A DNA stretch of 64,000 bases from Leptogorgia sarmentosa. Its lineage: Eukaryota. The DNA is taken from positions 1,426,001-1,490,000 of the forward strand of contig OZ210885.1 in assembly GCA_964658305.1 (NCBI GenBank), read 5' to 3'. Under the pieces are notes generated by a model. It worked only from the letters and a program-made list of their open reading frames with translations, did no database searches and was not told where the DNA came from. Each line of letters opens with the position of its first letter. The stretch's first letter is position 1. This document shows, piece by piece, positions 63,777-64,000 of the stretch. A program made the position numbers and the translations under genes.

Positions 63777-64000
63777 GTGAGCTCATTAGTAATCCGCGAA
63801 ATGCTGCAGTTACTGCATGCATGATCAATTTACTGGTGGAGAAAAATTAAACACTGCCATGCAATATTGTTTGGTATACAAAATATACAACATTGTTAGG
63901 TACATTTGGAGAACAACAGCCTATATATATATGCTATAGAAAAAATACAGAAATTATTGAAAAAATTTAAAACTCGAAACACGTGCCAGTACTACAAGAG

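Overview
This is AT-rich, intron-containing animal genomic DNA; the repeat families suggest an anthozoan cnidarian (inference). It holds a 3-exon membrane-anchored copine/RGLG-type vWA gene (1335-3723, -) and a cluster of secreted modular lectin genes whose coding introns are all phase 1. Gene A (6788-19772, -, ~1091 aa) reads signal - EPN-type C-type lectin domain (CTLD) - 13 EGF/cbEGF - VWD(GDPH) - C8 - EGF - CTLD. Genes B (27539-39282, +) and C (44823-53583, -), ~722 aa each, read signal - QPD-type CTLD - 4 EGF - VWD(GDPH) - C8 - EGF - CTLD. Gene D (59610->63776, +, runs off the window) has A's head followed by a different EGF exon, and a CTLD pseudogene lies at 40.5-41.4 kb. The cluster is a ~20 kb inverted duplication: [A-head..B], spacer, [C..D-head]. 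Most notable: (1) one VWD-C8-CTLD body carries either of two lectin heads (EPN or QPD) on stalks of different length; (2) the VWD keeps the GD|PH self-cleavage motif but has lost both cysteines of the disulfide that normally tethers the cleaved halves; (3) amino-acid changes cluster in likely recognition loops, with gene-conversion-like patchwork; (4) all four genes share a putative core-promoter motif. Many MITEs, LINE relics and tandem repeats are also present. All gene models were assembled by hand from splice signals and paralog comparison, with no transcript or database evidence.
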